64,000 bases of DNA, from assembly GCA_038890745.1 (NCBI GenBank), contig JAWAFD010000001.1, positions 92,809-156,808 on the forward strand, written 5' to 3'. Below, one piece after another: positions 18,852-28,292 of this stretch (the first letter of the stretch is position 1; the number at the start of each line of letters is the position of its first letter). The position numbers and the translations under genes were made by a program. The notes under the pieces are model-generated. The model saw only the letters and a program-made list of their open reading frames with translations. It made no database searches and was not told where the DNA came from. Source of the DNA: Candidatus Anstonellales archaeon (lineage in GTDB: Archaea; Micrarchaeota; Micrarchaeia; Anstonellales; J096).

Positions 18852-20180
18852 TTATAAAAACTTCTCCATGTCCTTTAAATCAAAAAGCAGAATGCCAGGT
18901 TCTTTGAATTTTTCTTTAAAGCTTTTTGCGAATATAACATAGGTTTGTTTTTTACTTGGCCAATCAACGCACCTTGCCTTCTCCTTCAACTCGGTAAAAA
19001 TAATCCTCGCATTAACCCGTTCCTGCCACTTGCACTCTGCAAAAAGGATCTCTCGTGTCCGCTCATTTAACCCAACGATATCTATCTCTTTGTCTTTATG
19101 CCACCACTTTCCAATCTTTGTTAGATTAAACATTCTCATTTCCAATAGGAAGTCCTTACACACATCCTCAAAAGATTTGCTGGTATATGTGTTGAGCTCC
19201 TGTTTAACTAAATTTAAAACTTCTTTCTGTAAGCCCTGTTCCAGCATAGATCTGTTTTTGAAAATAAATTTGAACCAAAACTTGTAGAAATTATCCTTGA
19301 TTTTGTATCTGGTTGTTTTTGCTTTTAGTTTCTTTTCAGTTACCGGGATCTCCTTTTCTATGAGACCTACTCTTTCCAAAATCAACAAGTATTTTGGTAA
19401 TTTATAAGTTTGGATTTTACTGAATCCAGCTATTTCAGCAAATTTTACATACCCATTTGTTATAGCTGAAAGTATGGAGGCGTAGGGTGCAGGGGCCCTA
19501 AACTCTTCAAACAGAAGATTGAATGGTTCGTGGTATAAAAAAGAGGTTCTATCCAAGATCTTCCTTTTAATATTCTCCTCAATACTTAATTTTGAGTCGA
19601 ATTCTTCCAGGTATCTAGGAATCCCACCTAAGATTGAGTAAACTTCACCAAGCTGCTTAGCGTTGTACCCTGGAAAAAAGTCTTTTATGAACTTAAATCT
19701 TAGCGGTAGGATATGCATTTCTGCAGTCTTTCTGCCATAGAGAGGAGAACCATAACCCATCGCAATCTTGTATATCGTTGAGATTATCGAACCGCAAAGA
19801 ATTATTTTTTTGTCAGTCTCCTTTATCTTTTCCTACCATCTCTGTGCTATCGTAGGCCAGGCTTTATTGACCTGGTACAAATACTGGAACTCATCAATAA
19901 TTATGACCTTGTGCTTACTCCTATAAAGAAACTCAAAAAAATCATCCCAAGTGTTGAATCTTACAAATTCTCCTCTTATTTGATCTGAAAGAACATCTAG
20001 TATGTTTTCTGATACATCCGCCAGCAGATAGAGCGCACCTGTTTTTTTAGCAAATTCAACCAAGAGTCTACTTTTTCCAACCCTACGCCTACCATAAAGC
20101 AAAACAAGCTCAGCCTTCTTTGATGTCGCAAGCTCTAGCAACCTACCAAGCTCTTCCTCCCTATCAATAAACATTATCAT
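18852..20180 (-). pseudogene. Archaeal ATPase (ATPase_2 + DUF234) interrupted by an in-frame TAG at 19833-19835
   Basis: FIDREEEL, YGRRRVGKS, IIDEFQY, QRW*EKIK..IILCGS, SPLYGR, GGIPRYL, EIDIV..FAECKW. Both halves are in the same frame. Confidence 0.85.
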
Positions 20181-20249
20181 AATAATCATTATCGTAATCC
20201 TGTTTTTAAAACTTTGGGTTTGGGCCCCTCGCATAAAAGACTCTTTCTA

Positions 20250-20609
20250 CTATGACCTGTTATTGTATCCAAAAGCAACACCGACCGGTCTGGCATTAAA
20301 AAAAGCAATGTAATACTCACCGATTACGCGATTTTTCATTTTTATTTTCTTGTTTTTGATAATTTTTCTCGCCTCCTCTTCTGAAATATTGATCCTGTTT
20401 TTTGTAGCCAGATGACCAAATGTTCTTGCGAAAGAATGTGTTGGTTTGTTTGTGTAAACCAAAATCCCGCGCCTACCTTTGATGTCTATTGACATTAATG
20501 ATTTTGAAAACGCCCTTATCCCTTCTTTCTTTTCCTCAAAAACAATGTTTTTTGGAAAAACGATTCCGAATTTTTCATAAACAAATTTTTTGAATTCATT
20601 TACTCGCAC
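20250..20609 (-). CDS. NIP7/RsmF-C-terminal-like partner protein (paralog of 7719-8126)
   Basis: NEFKKFVYEKFGI, KPTHSFARTFGHLATKNRI. Confidence 0.7.
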   Translation of the reverse strand: MRVNEFKKFVYEKFGIVFPKNIVFEEKKEGIRAFSKSLMSIDIKGRRGILVYTNKPTHSFARTFGHLATKNRINISEEEARKIIKNKKIKMKNRVIGEYYIAFFNARPVGVAFGYNNRS

Positions 20610-21475
20610 CTGATCACCTTTGCAATAAAAAACCCCTCGCTTTTAAGATGCCAGGGGTATACCCTCCATACCTTCCTAAACTCATTCCCAAACTCGCTCA
20701 AACCTGTTTCATGAGGAATTTCATAAGGAATGTTGATTGTTTCTAACCTTGCATTCTCCCTTCTTTCCAGCAAAAATCTAATAACCTCTTCATTTTCTTC
20801 TTTTGTATAGGTGCAGGTAGAATACACAAGAACCCCGCCAGGTTTAAGGGAGTCAAAAGAAGAGAGCAAAATCTGTTTTTGCAAACCAGAAATTTTTAAA
20901 CTATCCTTAACCTGCCATTTTGCGTAAGCATATGGAGAAGAGCCCAGACCAGAGCATGGTGCATCAACCAAAACAAAATCAAAATACCCTGGCTTCAAAA
21001 GTTTTGTTCCGCTTCTTTGCGTTATTATTGTATTCAGTACCCCAAGCCGGTTTATATTATTTACAAGCGCGCTTATCCTCTCGATCCTCACATCGTTTGC
21101 ATAAATAATCCCGGTATTCTTCATCATCGCAGCCATCTGGGTTGTTTTTGAGCCTGGCGCTGCGCAAACATCATAAACCTTAGAGCCAGGTCTAGGGTTC
21201 AAAACGACGGGCGGAAGCATGGACCCTAAACTCTGAGTATGTATGTATCCTAAAAAATACTCTATCGTGTTCCCAAGCTTTATGTTTTCATCAAAAACAT
21301 AGAAAGCATTCTCAAAAACAGCCCTTTCCAATTTCAACCGGCTGAATTCCAAAAATTCATACACGTTTGTTTTTATTTCATTCACCCGGATTGTTGGTTT
21401 TATGTTGAGCAAAAATTCATTTGCATCCTCTCTTGTAAAGCCCGAAAGCCAACCTTTGTATTCAGAATATTCCAT
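20600..21475 (-). CDS. RsmB/NOP2/NSUN RNA m5C methyltransferase (paralog 2)
   Basis: IRVNEIK, VYDVCAAPGSKTTQ, VLVDAPCSG, VYSTCT; start at MEYSEY. Confidence 0.92.
   Translation of the reverse strand: MEYSEYKGWLSGFTREDANEFLLNIKPTIRVNEIKTNVYEFLEFSRLKLERAVFENAFYVFDENIKLGNTIEYFLGYIHTQSLGSMLPPVVLNPRPGSKVYDVCAAPGSKTTQMAAMMKNTGIIYANDVRIERISALVNNINRLGVLNTIITQRSGTKLLKPGYFDFVLVDAPCSGLGSSPYAYAKWQVKDSLKISGLQKQILLSSFDSLKPGGVLVYSTCTYTKEENEEVIRFLLERRENARLETINIPYEIPHETGLSEFGNEFRKVWRVYPWHLKSEGFFIAKVIRCE
20614..20868 (-). repeat. 255-bp inverted repeat, copy 2 (partner 7458-7712)
   Basis: Reverse complement matches 7458-7712 with 5 mismatches. Confidence 0.95.
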
Positions 21476-21526
21476 AAGAATAGAATAAAAACAAAAAATT
21501 AAAAACAATCTGTAGCATGTTCTTTT

Positions 21527-21904
21527 ATGAAAGAGTTTTTTGTTCAAACAAAAAAACAGGTTGAGGCAATCGATATAACGCACGAAATAGAGGCAAGAAT
21601 AGAAAAGAATGCAAAAGCATGTTTGGTTTTTGTCCCGCACGCAACCGCGGCTATAATACTAAATGAGTATGAACCAAACATAAAAAGCGACTACGAGAAA
21701 TTCTATTCCGAGCTTGCGAAGGGGGATTGGAGGCATAACTCCATAGACAATAACGCAGAGGCTCATCTCCTCTCCTCGCTCGTGAAGCCATTCGCGCTAA
21801 TTCCATGCGAAAACGGAAAACTTATGCTCGGAACATGGCAGAGGGTTATGCTTCTTGAGTTAGATGGGCCGAGAAGAAGAAAGATTACACTAACCACGCT
21901 GTAG
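21527..21904 (+). CDS. yjbQ: YjbQ/UPF0047 family protein
   Basis: VPHATAAIILNE, HNSIDNNAEAH, LGTWQRVMLLELDGPR. Confidence 0.92.
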   Translation: MKEFFVQTKKQVEAIDITHEIEARIEKNAKACLVFVPHATAAIILNEYEPNIKSDYEKFYSELAKGDWRHNSIDNNAEAHLLSSLVKPFALIPCENGKLMLGTWQRVMLLELDGPRRRKITLTTL

Positions 21905-21907
21905 GTC

Positions 21908-22861
21908 CTAATATCTTTCTATTCCATAGTTGGTTAGTTTGTGGTATTTCCCGTTGTTTAGGTATATCAGGGACAGCTCGGTAGAGATTTCAACAAAAAA
22001 ATTTTCATACACAATAGGTGAGGCGATATCTTTCAACGTTATCAATGCTTCCTGTAAATCGTTGTTTTTCACAATTTCCTCTATAAACCACTTTCTATGT
22101 TGCGTGGTCGTGAATACATCCCTCAAGCTAAAAATTATTGAGCTGTTCGCAAAATTTTTTATGCAAACAGGAGAAAAGATAAAGTTGTATGATTGAATTC
22201 CCGCGCTGGTTAAAAAAATATATTTACCCTGTCTGTTTAGAAGGAAAAGAAAAGGAAAGAGAGCAGAGAGATGTTCCTCACTCAAAAATCTAACTATGCT
22301 ATCTTTCTGCTCTGTATATGTTTTTGCTATGTTTTCTAAACTTGATTCAAGCAAAAACCTGAATTCATAGAGATACCCGACATTTTCTGTATGCCTATTT
22401 ATTAAATGGACAAAAAGAGGGGAGAGGCCAAGAAGGCTTGTGGGATAATCCTCATCAACTGAGAATTTCCCATCTTTTAGTCCCATCCCTAGCGGGAAAT
22501 TAAGAATAAAACTACTTATCTTTAGTGGATAAGCAGCCCTTTCTGCTTTTTTGCTGAACTTCTCAGCAACCGAAAGTATCTCATCCTCATCTGCCTCAAA
22601 AATATTTGAGTTAAAGATGTATATTTTTTCAAGCAAACCTACTCTCTCTTCATTAGTTAAGTTAGGTAAATGGTAGTAGGCTATGAGAGAGGAAAGGATA
22701 TGCTCCTTTATCCTTTTTTCCAATGGCTCCTCCTCCAAAATATAAGAGAGATTCGCTAAATAGTGCCATTTATTTCTATCAGGGATAACATGAGAAATTG
22801 ATCTGCTTATAATACCATCCACTCTTGCTTTATTTAGTGCTCTAAGCATGGTTAAGCCCAT
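21908..22861 (-). CDS. Hypothetical protein
   Basis: 317-aa ORF; no motif recognised. Confidence 0.65.
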   Translation of the reverse strand: MGLTMLRALNKARVDGIISRSISHVIPDRNKWHYLANLSYILEEEPLEKRIKEHILSSLIAYYHLPNLTNEERVGLLEKIYIFNSNIFEADEDEILSVAEKFSKKAERAAYPLKISSFILNFPLGMGLKDGKFSVDEDYPTSLLGLSPLFVHLINRHTENVGYLYEFRFLLESSLENIAKTYTEQKDSIVRFLSEEHLSALFPFLFLLNRQGKYIFLTSAGIQSYNFIFSPVCIKNFANSSIIFSLRDVFTTTQHRKWFIEEIVKNNDLQEALITLKDIASPIVYENFFVEISTELSLIYLNNGKYHKLTNYGIERY

Positions 22862-22915
22862 GGTTATAATTTATATACTATAAAGGTTTTTATTCTTTGC
22901 TTCTCTATTCTACCC

Positions 22916-23212
22916 ATGGGACCATCAGAAAGGCTTAAGCGCCACTTAACATCAGAAAACCTTTGGTTATATATTCTGAGTTTAGCAAGCAAAAAACCAG
23001 TGTACGCATATGCGATGAGAAAGGAGATAAAAAGGTTTGGGTTTGAGCCTAGTTTAGTTATGCTTTACTTGGTTCTTCCTAGATTGGAGCTGGCGGGGTA
23101 CATAAGAAGTGAAATGAGAGGAAGGAGGAAGTACTATATTATAACGAAAAAGGGGAAGGAAGAGCTTGAAAAAGGAAAAAGCGAGATGCGAAGGGTTTTG
23201 GGCCTATTGTAA
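22916..23212 (+). CDS. PadR-family transcriptional regulator
   Basis: LYILSL..PVYAYAM..LYLVLPRLELAGYI..RKYYIITKKG. Confidence 0.88.
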   Translation: MGPSERLKRHLTSENLWLYILSLASKKPVYAYAMRKEIKRFGFEPSLVMLYLVLPRLELAGYIRSEMRGRRKYYIITKKGKEELEKGKSEMRRVLGLL

Positions 23213-23224
23213 CTATGGTTACAT
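23208..23224. promoter_or_regulatory. Palindrome TGTAACTATGGTTACAT, candidate operator upstream of nreA
   Basis: 16/17 identical to 3638-3654. Overlaps the padR stop codon and precedes the nreA TATA-like TTTTAA. Confidence 0.55.
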
Positions 23225-23277
23225 CTGTCCCCAGGCCTGCAAACCTATTTTAACCCCTTCAAATAAACTATTCTCAT

Positions 23278-24444
23278 ATGGTCAAGCCCAATGTTAGCAT
23301 GGAGGAGCATAGAAGATGGCTCCGCTCCTCTCATCTATTGGAAAAACTTTCCATAAATTTTGATGAGATAGAGAAAAAGCTTGGTGAGAGAATTTTTGGC
23401 CCGAGCATTGATTTTTTTGTTGGTTCTACCGGCTGGCCTAATATAAATGCCGGTCCTCTCATCTCATTGGGCGAAGCAACAGAAACAAAACATTTATTTG
23501 GTATGGGATATGAAGGGATCATAGCTTCCCGGTTGGCTACAACAAGAGGAAAAAAATTTACTTCTGTTTACTCCCCAAGAATTACAGAAAGCATGAAGGA
23601 AATAGCGATGAGCATAAAACCCATAGATGTTGAGGCGCATTTCTCAAAAAAACCATTCTTTGAACTTCATCTTTCGCCAATCGTTCAACCAATGGGTCCT
23701 TCAGCCCCACTAAAAATGCTGATAGAAGCAGAAAACCCAATAATTCCAAGAAAGGTTTATTCGCTTTATGAAGAAAAAATAAAAGCGATAGATGCTATCT
23801 CTGAGCTTCTTTCTCATGGATTTGACAACTATTACATTTCAAAAATTCTTTCAGCCGGGGTTTTGGGTGAGGAAAAGCGCCTTGTTCCTACGCGGTGGAG
23901 CATAACAGCGAGCGATGATATGATCGGAAAAATCCTCATAAATAAAATAAAAGAGTATAAAGAAAACAACGAAATCCTTGTTTTTACAAGCTATTACCTG
24001 TTCAATCAGTTTGTTATCCTTCTCCTTCCCGGAAGATGGGAGTTTGAGAATTTTGAAGCCTGGGCTCCAAAAACAAGCTGTGGCTTGAACCAAAAAGAGT
24101 ACACAATACTAGAGGAATACGAGGGGTGGAGGGGAAGATGGAGATATGCAGAGCAGGCAGGCGGATATTATGCCTCCCGGCTCGCTGTTTTAGAATACTT
24201 AAACAAAATGAAAATGCAAAGCAGGGTTGTTGTTTTTCGGGAAGTTTATGAAGGTTTTTATCTACCTGTTGGCGTTTGGCAGGTAAGGGAAAACGTAAGA
24301 AACGCGCTTAAACAAAAACCAAAAAAATTCTCAACAATAAATGAAGCGCTCGAAGAAATTAAAAAATACCTTCGCCTTTCATTACAAGAGTACAGAAAAA
24401 GGAGCAGGATTTTAGGGCAGCTTGGGCTTAAAGATTTTTTTTAA
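23278..24444 (+). CDS. nreA: Nre-family archaeal DNA repair protein with PIP box
   Basis: FVGSTGWPNI..GP, RLVPTRWSITASDD, GGYYASRL, PVGVWQVRENVR; C-terminal QLGLKDFF. Confidence 0.9.
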   Translation: MVKPNVSMEEHRRWLRSSHLLEKLSINFDEIEKKLGERIFGPSIDFFVGSTGWPNINAGPLISLGEATETKHLFGMGYEGIIASRLATTRGKKFTSVYSPRITESMKEIAMSIKPIDVEAHFSKKPFFELHLSPIVQPMGPSAPLKMLIEAENPIIPRKVYSLYEEKIKAIDAISELLSHGFDNYYISKILSAGVLGEEKRLVPTRWSITASDDMIGKILINKIKEYKENNEILVFTSYYLFNQFVILLLPGRWEFENFEAWAPKTSCGLNQKEYTILEEYEGWRGRWRYAEQAGGYYASRLAVLEYLNKMKMQSRVVVFREVYEGFYLPVGVWQVRENVRNALKQKPKKFSTINEALEEIKKYLRLSLQEYRKRSRILGQLGLKDFF

Positions 24445-25047
24445 TGCCTTCACAATACTTGTTGCTGGTCTTACAAAAGGATTCGTGCTTCCAAATATTT
24501 TTGATTTTTTCAATGCTTTAAGCATTTCTTTCGGGCTATCCAGATCAAACCCTTCGACTTCGGTATATGCATTGCCAAATTCAAAAAGAAAATGAGCATC
24601 GCTTCCAGCAGCCTTTAGTTTTTTGTTTTTTTCAGCAAACTCTTCTGCAATTTTATTATACTTTTCAAGGGCTCTTCCATTTAGAACCTCTATTATATCC
24701 GCCTTTTCTCCCAACTCCGCTGCTCCCTTCCTAGTTTTATCGAACATATGCGGAAGATAAACAATCCCGCCCTGCTCCTTTATTCTATCTATAGCTTCAT
24801 ACCCATCTATTCCTCGAGGGATTTCCTCTTCAATGTACAGCCCTATTACATCCCCATGCGCTGTTAATATTTCCTCACCCGGAATAAAACTCTTTGTGAT
24901 CTCTCTCATCTTTTCATTCGCCTTTATACTATTATGGTCGGTAATAGCCGGGACAATTCCTATTTTCTCGCTTTTCTTAGCCAGGTCTTCCAATCTCGTC
25001 ATGGAATCCTTGGAGTAGATCGTGTGAACATGAAAATCTATTTTCAT
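24412..25047 (-). CDS. PHP-domain phosphoesterase
   Basis: DFHVHTIYSKD, AITDHN, GEEI, PHMF, AGSDAH. Confidence 0.9.
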   Translation of the reverse strand: MKIDFHVHTIYSKDSMTRLEDLAKKSEKIGIVPAITDHNSIKANEKMREITKSFIPGEEILTAHGDVIGLYIEEEIPRGIDGYEAIDRIKEQGGIVYLPHMFDKTRKGAAELGEKADIIEVLNGRALEKYNKIAEEFAEKNKKLKAAGSDAHFLFEFGNAYTEVEGFDLDSPKEMLKALKKSKIFGSTNPFVRPATSIVKALKKIFKPKLP

Positions 25048-25098
25048 GACTATTTCAGCAACGCCATCGTTTTTAAACATTTAGTAAGAAACACATCC

Positions 25099-25881
25099 AT
25101 GCAACCTCTTAAAAATTCATACCGTTTATTTTCCCAAAAAGCACTCCAGTTCCTATACTTAATGGTTCTCCAACCGATATTCACAGGTTCGGTGTTGTTC
25201 ACATTTGCTGGTATCGTTTTTTTCTTGCTCATCCTAGTAAATGCTTTTGGTTATCTTAACCCATCAAACGGAGTGTATGTTGTTGGTGCATTCGTAGGGG
25301 TTATGCTTGCCATAAGCTTCTATTTCTACTCTGCATTCAAGGGTGCTCTTGTAAAAGGTTTCTCTCAGATTGCATTTGCGCACGGAATGGATTTGGAAGA
25401 CTTTCTTGTCTATTCCATGGTAAGAGGGATGAAATTTTTTGGAATCTCTATTCTTAAAATATTCCTTTACATAATCATATTGGCGCCTCTTGCCATTACC
25501 TATTACTTCCGGCCAGACTTTTTTTCAGCAGAGTACATCCCGATAGTTCTTGCCGCAATATACATCCCATTGTTTTTTATAATTGAGTATGGTTTCTGTC
25601 TTTCATACATAGGGGTTGCGTTGAGGGATTTTGGTGTCAGGGATGCGATAAAAGCTTCATTAAAGATGACATTCAAATCAATAGCCGACTTTTTTCCTCT
25701 CTACCTTGTGTACGCTATAGTATGGTGGGCAAGGCTCATCCCCCTTGTTGGCATAGCCATCCACTTTGTCCTCTACCCAGTTGTGTACACCGCCCTAATC
25801 TTTCAGTTCCAAGAAAGTGTAGGGAGGTCATACCGCCCTACCTATCGTGAAGAAAAAGACATAGATATAATTATTGGCTAG
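25099..25881 (+). CDS. Integral membrane protein
   Basis: About 6 hydrophobic helices; start at MQPLKNSY. Confidence 0.7.
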   Translation: MQPLKNSYRLFSQKALQFLYLMVLQPIFTGSVLFTFAGIVFFLLILVNAFGYLNPSNGVYVVGAFVGVMLAISFYFYSAFKGALVKGFSQIAFAHGMDLEDFLVYSMVRGMKFFGISILKIFLYIIILAPLAITYYFRPDFFSAEYIPIVLAAIYIPLFFIIEYGFCLSYIGVALRDFGVRDAIKASLKMTFKSIADFFPLYLVYAIVWWARLIPLVGIAIHFVLYPVVYTALIFQFQESVGRSYRPTYREEKDIDIIIG

Positions 25882-26824
25882 CGCCCCGAACGTATCTGTA
25901 CGCAGAAACAGCAGCAAGAGCCCCCTCCCCGGCAGCCCAAACAACCTGTTTTATCCTGTTTTTTCTCACATCCCCAGCGGCGAATATCCCTTCCCCAGCC
26001 ATAAGCGAATCGTCCGTGATTATGTATCCGTGTTCATCTGTTTTTACAATTTTTTTGAAAGGTTCGCTGTTCGGCTCCATTCCTATGTAAATAAAAACCC
26101 CATCAATTTTTTTCTCATAACTTTTGTTTTTTTCTTTATCTAAAAGTATAACACTCTCTACTTTTTCTTTACCCCTTATTTCCCTTGTCTCCGTGTTAAA
26201 GATAAATTCTATTTTTTTGTTGGCGAATGCGCGGTCTATTAAAACTTTTTCAGCCTTAAGGTTATCCTTGTTTTTTCGGTATACAACATAAACTTTTTTA
26301 GCAAAGTTTGTTAGGTAGTTTGCTTCTTCGATGGCCGAGTTTCCTCCACCAACAACCATGACCTCTTTATCCTTAAAAAATGGGCCATCGCACGTTGCGC
26401 AATAGCTTATCCCCTTTCCCTTTAGCTCCTTTTCACCCGGAACATTAAGCATTTTCTCCTTCTCACCGGTTGCTATTATCACCGCCTTTGCTTTCAGCTC
26501 GCCAGCGCTCGTTTCCAACACCACCCAACCCCCTTCTTTTTTTGCATTCTTAACCTCAACAAAATTCCTAAGCTCCGCACCTGCTTTTTTTGCATGCTCG
26601 GCAAACCTTTCAGCAAGTTCGCTTCCCTTTATGCTTTCTATTCCCGGATAGTTCTCAACATTGTTTGTATTTGAAATCTGCCCACCGAAAACACCCTTTT
26701 CAAGAACGAGAACATCCAAACCAGCCCTTGCTGCGTATATAGCGGCAGAAAGCCCTGCAGGCCCGCCACCAACGATTATCAACTCATACTCTTTTTTTCT
26801 GGATTTTGATGGCAGAGTAAACAT
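25871..26824 (-). CDS. trxB: Thioredoxin-disulfide reductase
   Basis: GGGPAGLSAAIY, ENYPG, SYCATCDG, VGGGNSA, FAAGD. Confidence 0.95.
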   Translation of the reverse strand: MFTLPSKSRKKEYELIIVGGGPAGLSAAIYAARAGLDVLVLEKGVFGGQISNTNNVENYPGIESIKGSELAERFAEHAKKAGAELRNFVEVKNAKKEGGWVVLETSAGELKAKAVIIATGEKEKMLNVPGEKELKGKGISYCATCDGPFFKDKEVMVVGGGNSAIEEANYLTNFAKKVYVVYRKNKDNLKAEKVLIDRAFANKKIEFIFNTETREIRGKEKVESVILLDKEKNKSYEKKIDGVFIYIGMEPNSEPFKKIVKTDEHGYIITDDSLMAGEGIFAAGDVRKNRIKQVVWAAGEGALAAVSAYRYVRGASQ

Positions 26825-26885
26825 GCTTTTTCTATTGCAGAGAATGTTTAAATATCTTGTTCAGAGAAGCAAAAGTGTGGAATGA

Positions 26886-26935
26886 TTCCGCTCTACCGAC
26901 CAAAATCAAATAAAAATGGTCGCTGGAGCGGAATT
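26886..26935. repeat. Palindromic direct repeat B (50 bp), copy overlapping the ATPase stop
   Basis: TTCCGCTCTACCGACCA-N14-TGGTCGCTGGAGCGGAA-TT; identical to 28232-28281. Confidence 0.95.
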
Positions 26936-28199
26936 AAACCGAAAGCGCAAACAAAGGAATGGGGATTCGCTCCTTCGATATTGTTTCATCCATGCTGAGT
27001 GTGAGTATGCCTTCTCTTGATTTCTTTCCTTTCCCTCCAACCTCTATTCGCAGCCCGTTGGCTATAAAATCTACTTCATGGCTGTAGAAAATCGCGCCAG
27101 ATAGCGATAAGAGATGCCGAAATACTGAATCCTCTCTAAGATTTCCTGTTATCTCTGCGCTGCTTACTATGGGTAAAGCAAGGATATACCGCATAGATGG
27201 TGAATAAAAAAACCATTTCTTTGGCTTCTTGAACATCCTACCCCTTCCTTGGTATTCTATCCCTTTGATTATCATCCCATTTTCAAATACCTCAAGCAGC
27301 TTTCCAATACTTTCTTTTGATACACCTACAACTTCAGAAAGGGTAGTCAGCTTAACAGCATCCGCAGGAATGGTTGAAAGATACTTTATCAGCCTCTCTG
27401 CTGCGGTCAGCATCCTTGTTTCAAATTTTTCATATCTGGAAAAATCTTCATATATAGTTCTTTTCACGATTTTATTTATTCCATCAGCATACGCATGCTC
27501 ATCAAGTCTGAGTGCGGCCGGTAGGTCATGGCGCATGTATTCATCATACAGCGCAAGAAGATTATATGGGCCAAGTAAAGAAAGTACTCTCAGGTATTCC
27601 TCATCAAGATTTTTTTTCCCGAGATTTTTCCGTATGCTTTTGGATATCTCATCAGGTATTACTATTCCATATCTAAGCATTAGGTATTCTCTGAAAGAGA
27701 GGGGGTGTACCTGAAGCTCGTATGCCCTTCTGGTTAGCTCTGTTGTTTTTCTGAGCGGAAGGGCGGATGAAGAGGTTGCGATTATAACAAGGTTTGGCCT
27801 TCTATCATGAAGGACTTTAAGGTGGATATCCCATTCAGGAAGATAGGTTATTTCATCCAGGAGGAGTAGAAATTTTTTGCCTAACCCGACCCTCTCCTTT
27901 TTTATATAATCTAACGCTTCGAGAGCATGGTTGAGTGTTATCCCGCGCGATATAAGCTCATCGCATGAAAAATAAGCCTTTTCCCCTGCTGTTTCATTGA
28001 AAAGCTGGTATAACCCCGTAGTCTTTCCTGTACCCCGTAAACCAGTGAGAATAAATACACGTTGCCCGCTTCTCGCAACTGCCGCTCTTAGTTCATTAAC
28101 AAAGCATCTTTTGGACTTCACATTTTTAAGCTCTTCGGCGATTATTTTTGGAGTTTCTGCCAGTGTGTTCAACACAAACCTCTTTATTATTTCGGTCAT
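26934..28199 (-). CDS. AAA+ ATPase (AAA_14/DUF4143-like) with wHTH and PD-(D/E)xK-like tail
   Basis: GLRGTGKT, LLLDEIT, ATSSSA, PLSFREY, EVDFI..IEVGG. Start is ATG 28199 or GTG 28220. Confidence 0.88.
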   Translation of the reverse strand: MTEIIKRFVLNTLAETPKIIAEELKNVKSKRCFVNELRAAVARSGQRVFILTGLRGTGKTTGLYQLFNETAGEKAYFSCDELISRGITLNHALEALDYIKKERVGLGKKFLLLLDEITYLPEWDIHLKVLHDRRPNLVIIATSSSALPLRKTTELTRRAYELQVHPLSFREYLMLRYGIVIPDEISKSIRKNLGKKNLDEEYLRVLSLLGPYNLLALYDEYMRHDLPAALRLDEHAYADGINKIVKRTIYEDFSRYEKFETRMLTAAERLIKYLSTIPADAVKLTTLSEVVGVSKESIGKLLEVFENGMIIKGIEYQGRGRMFKKPKKWFFYSPSMRYILALPIVSSAEITGNLREDSVFRHLLSLSGAIFYSHEVDFIANGLRIEVGGKGKKSREGILTLSMDETISKERIPIPLFALSV

Positions 28200-28231
28200 A
28201 GGAGTATTTTGGAGTACCACCTTTATAAGGT

Positions 28232-28281
28232 TTCCGCTCTACCGACCAAAATCAAATAAAAATGGTCGCTGGAGCGGAATT
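28232..28281. repeat. Palindromic direct repeat B, copy upstream of the ATPase TATA box
   Basis: Identical to 26886-26935; adjacent to the TATA-like CTTATAAAG (minus strand, 28221-28229). Confidence 0.95.
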
Positions 28282-28292
28282 CTCTGGAGAAA

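Noticed and set aside
19833..19835. Amber recoding or pyrrolysine readthrough
   Set aside because: TAG is the normal stop of several conserved genes here (uppS, yjbQ, purQ, rbcL). A TGG-to-TAG nonsense change is the simpler explanation.
7458..20868. DGR template/variable repeat pair
   Set aside because: The A/G mismatches run in both directions, both copies lie in intact paralogous genes, and no reverse transcriptase is in the window.
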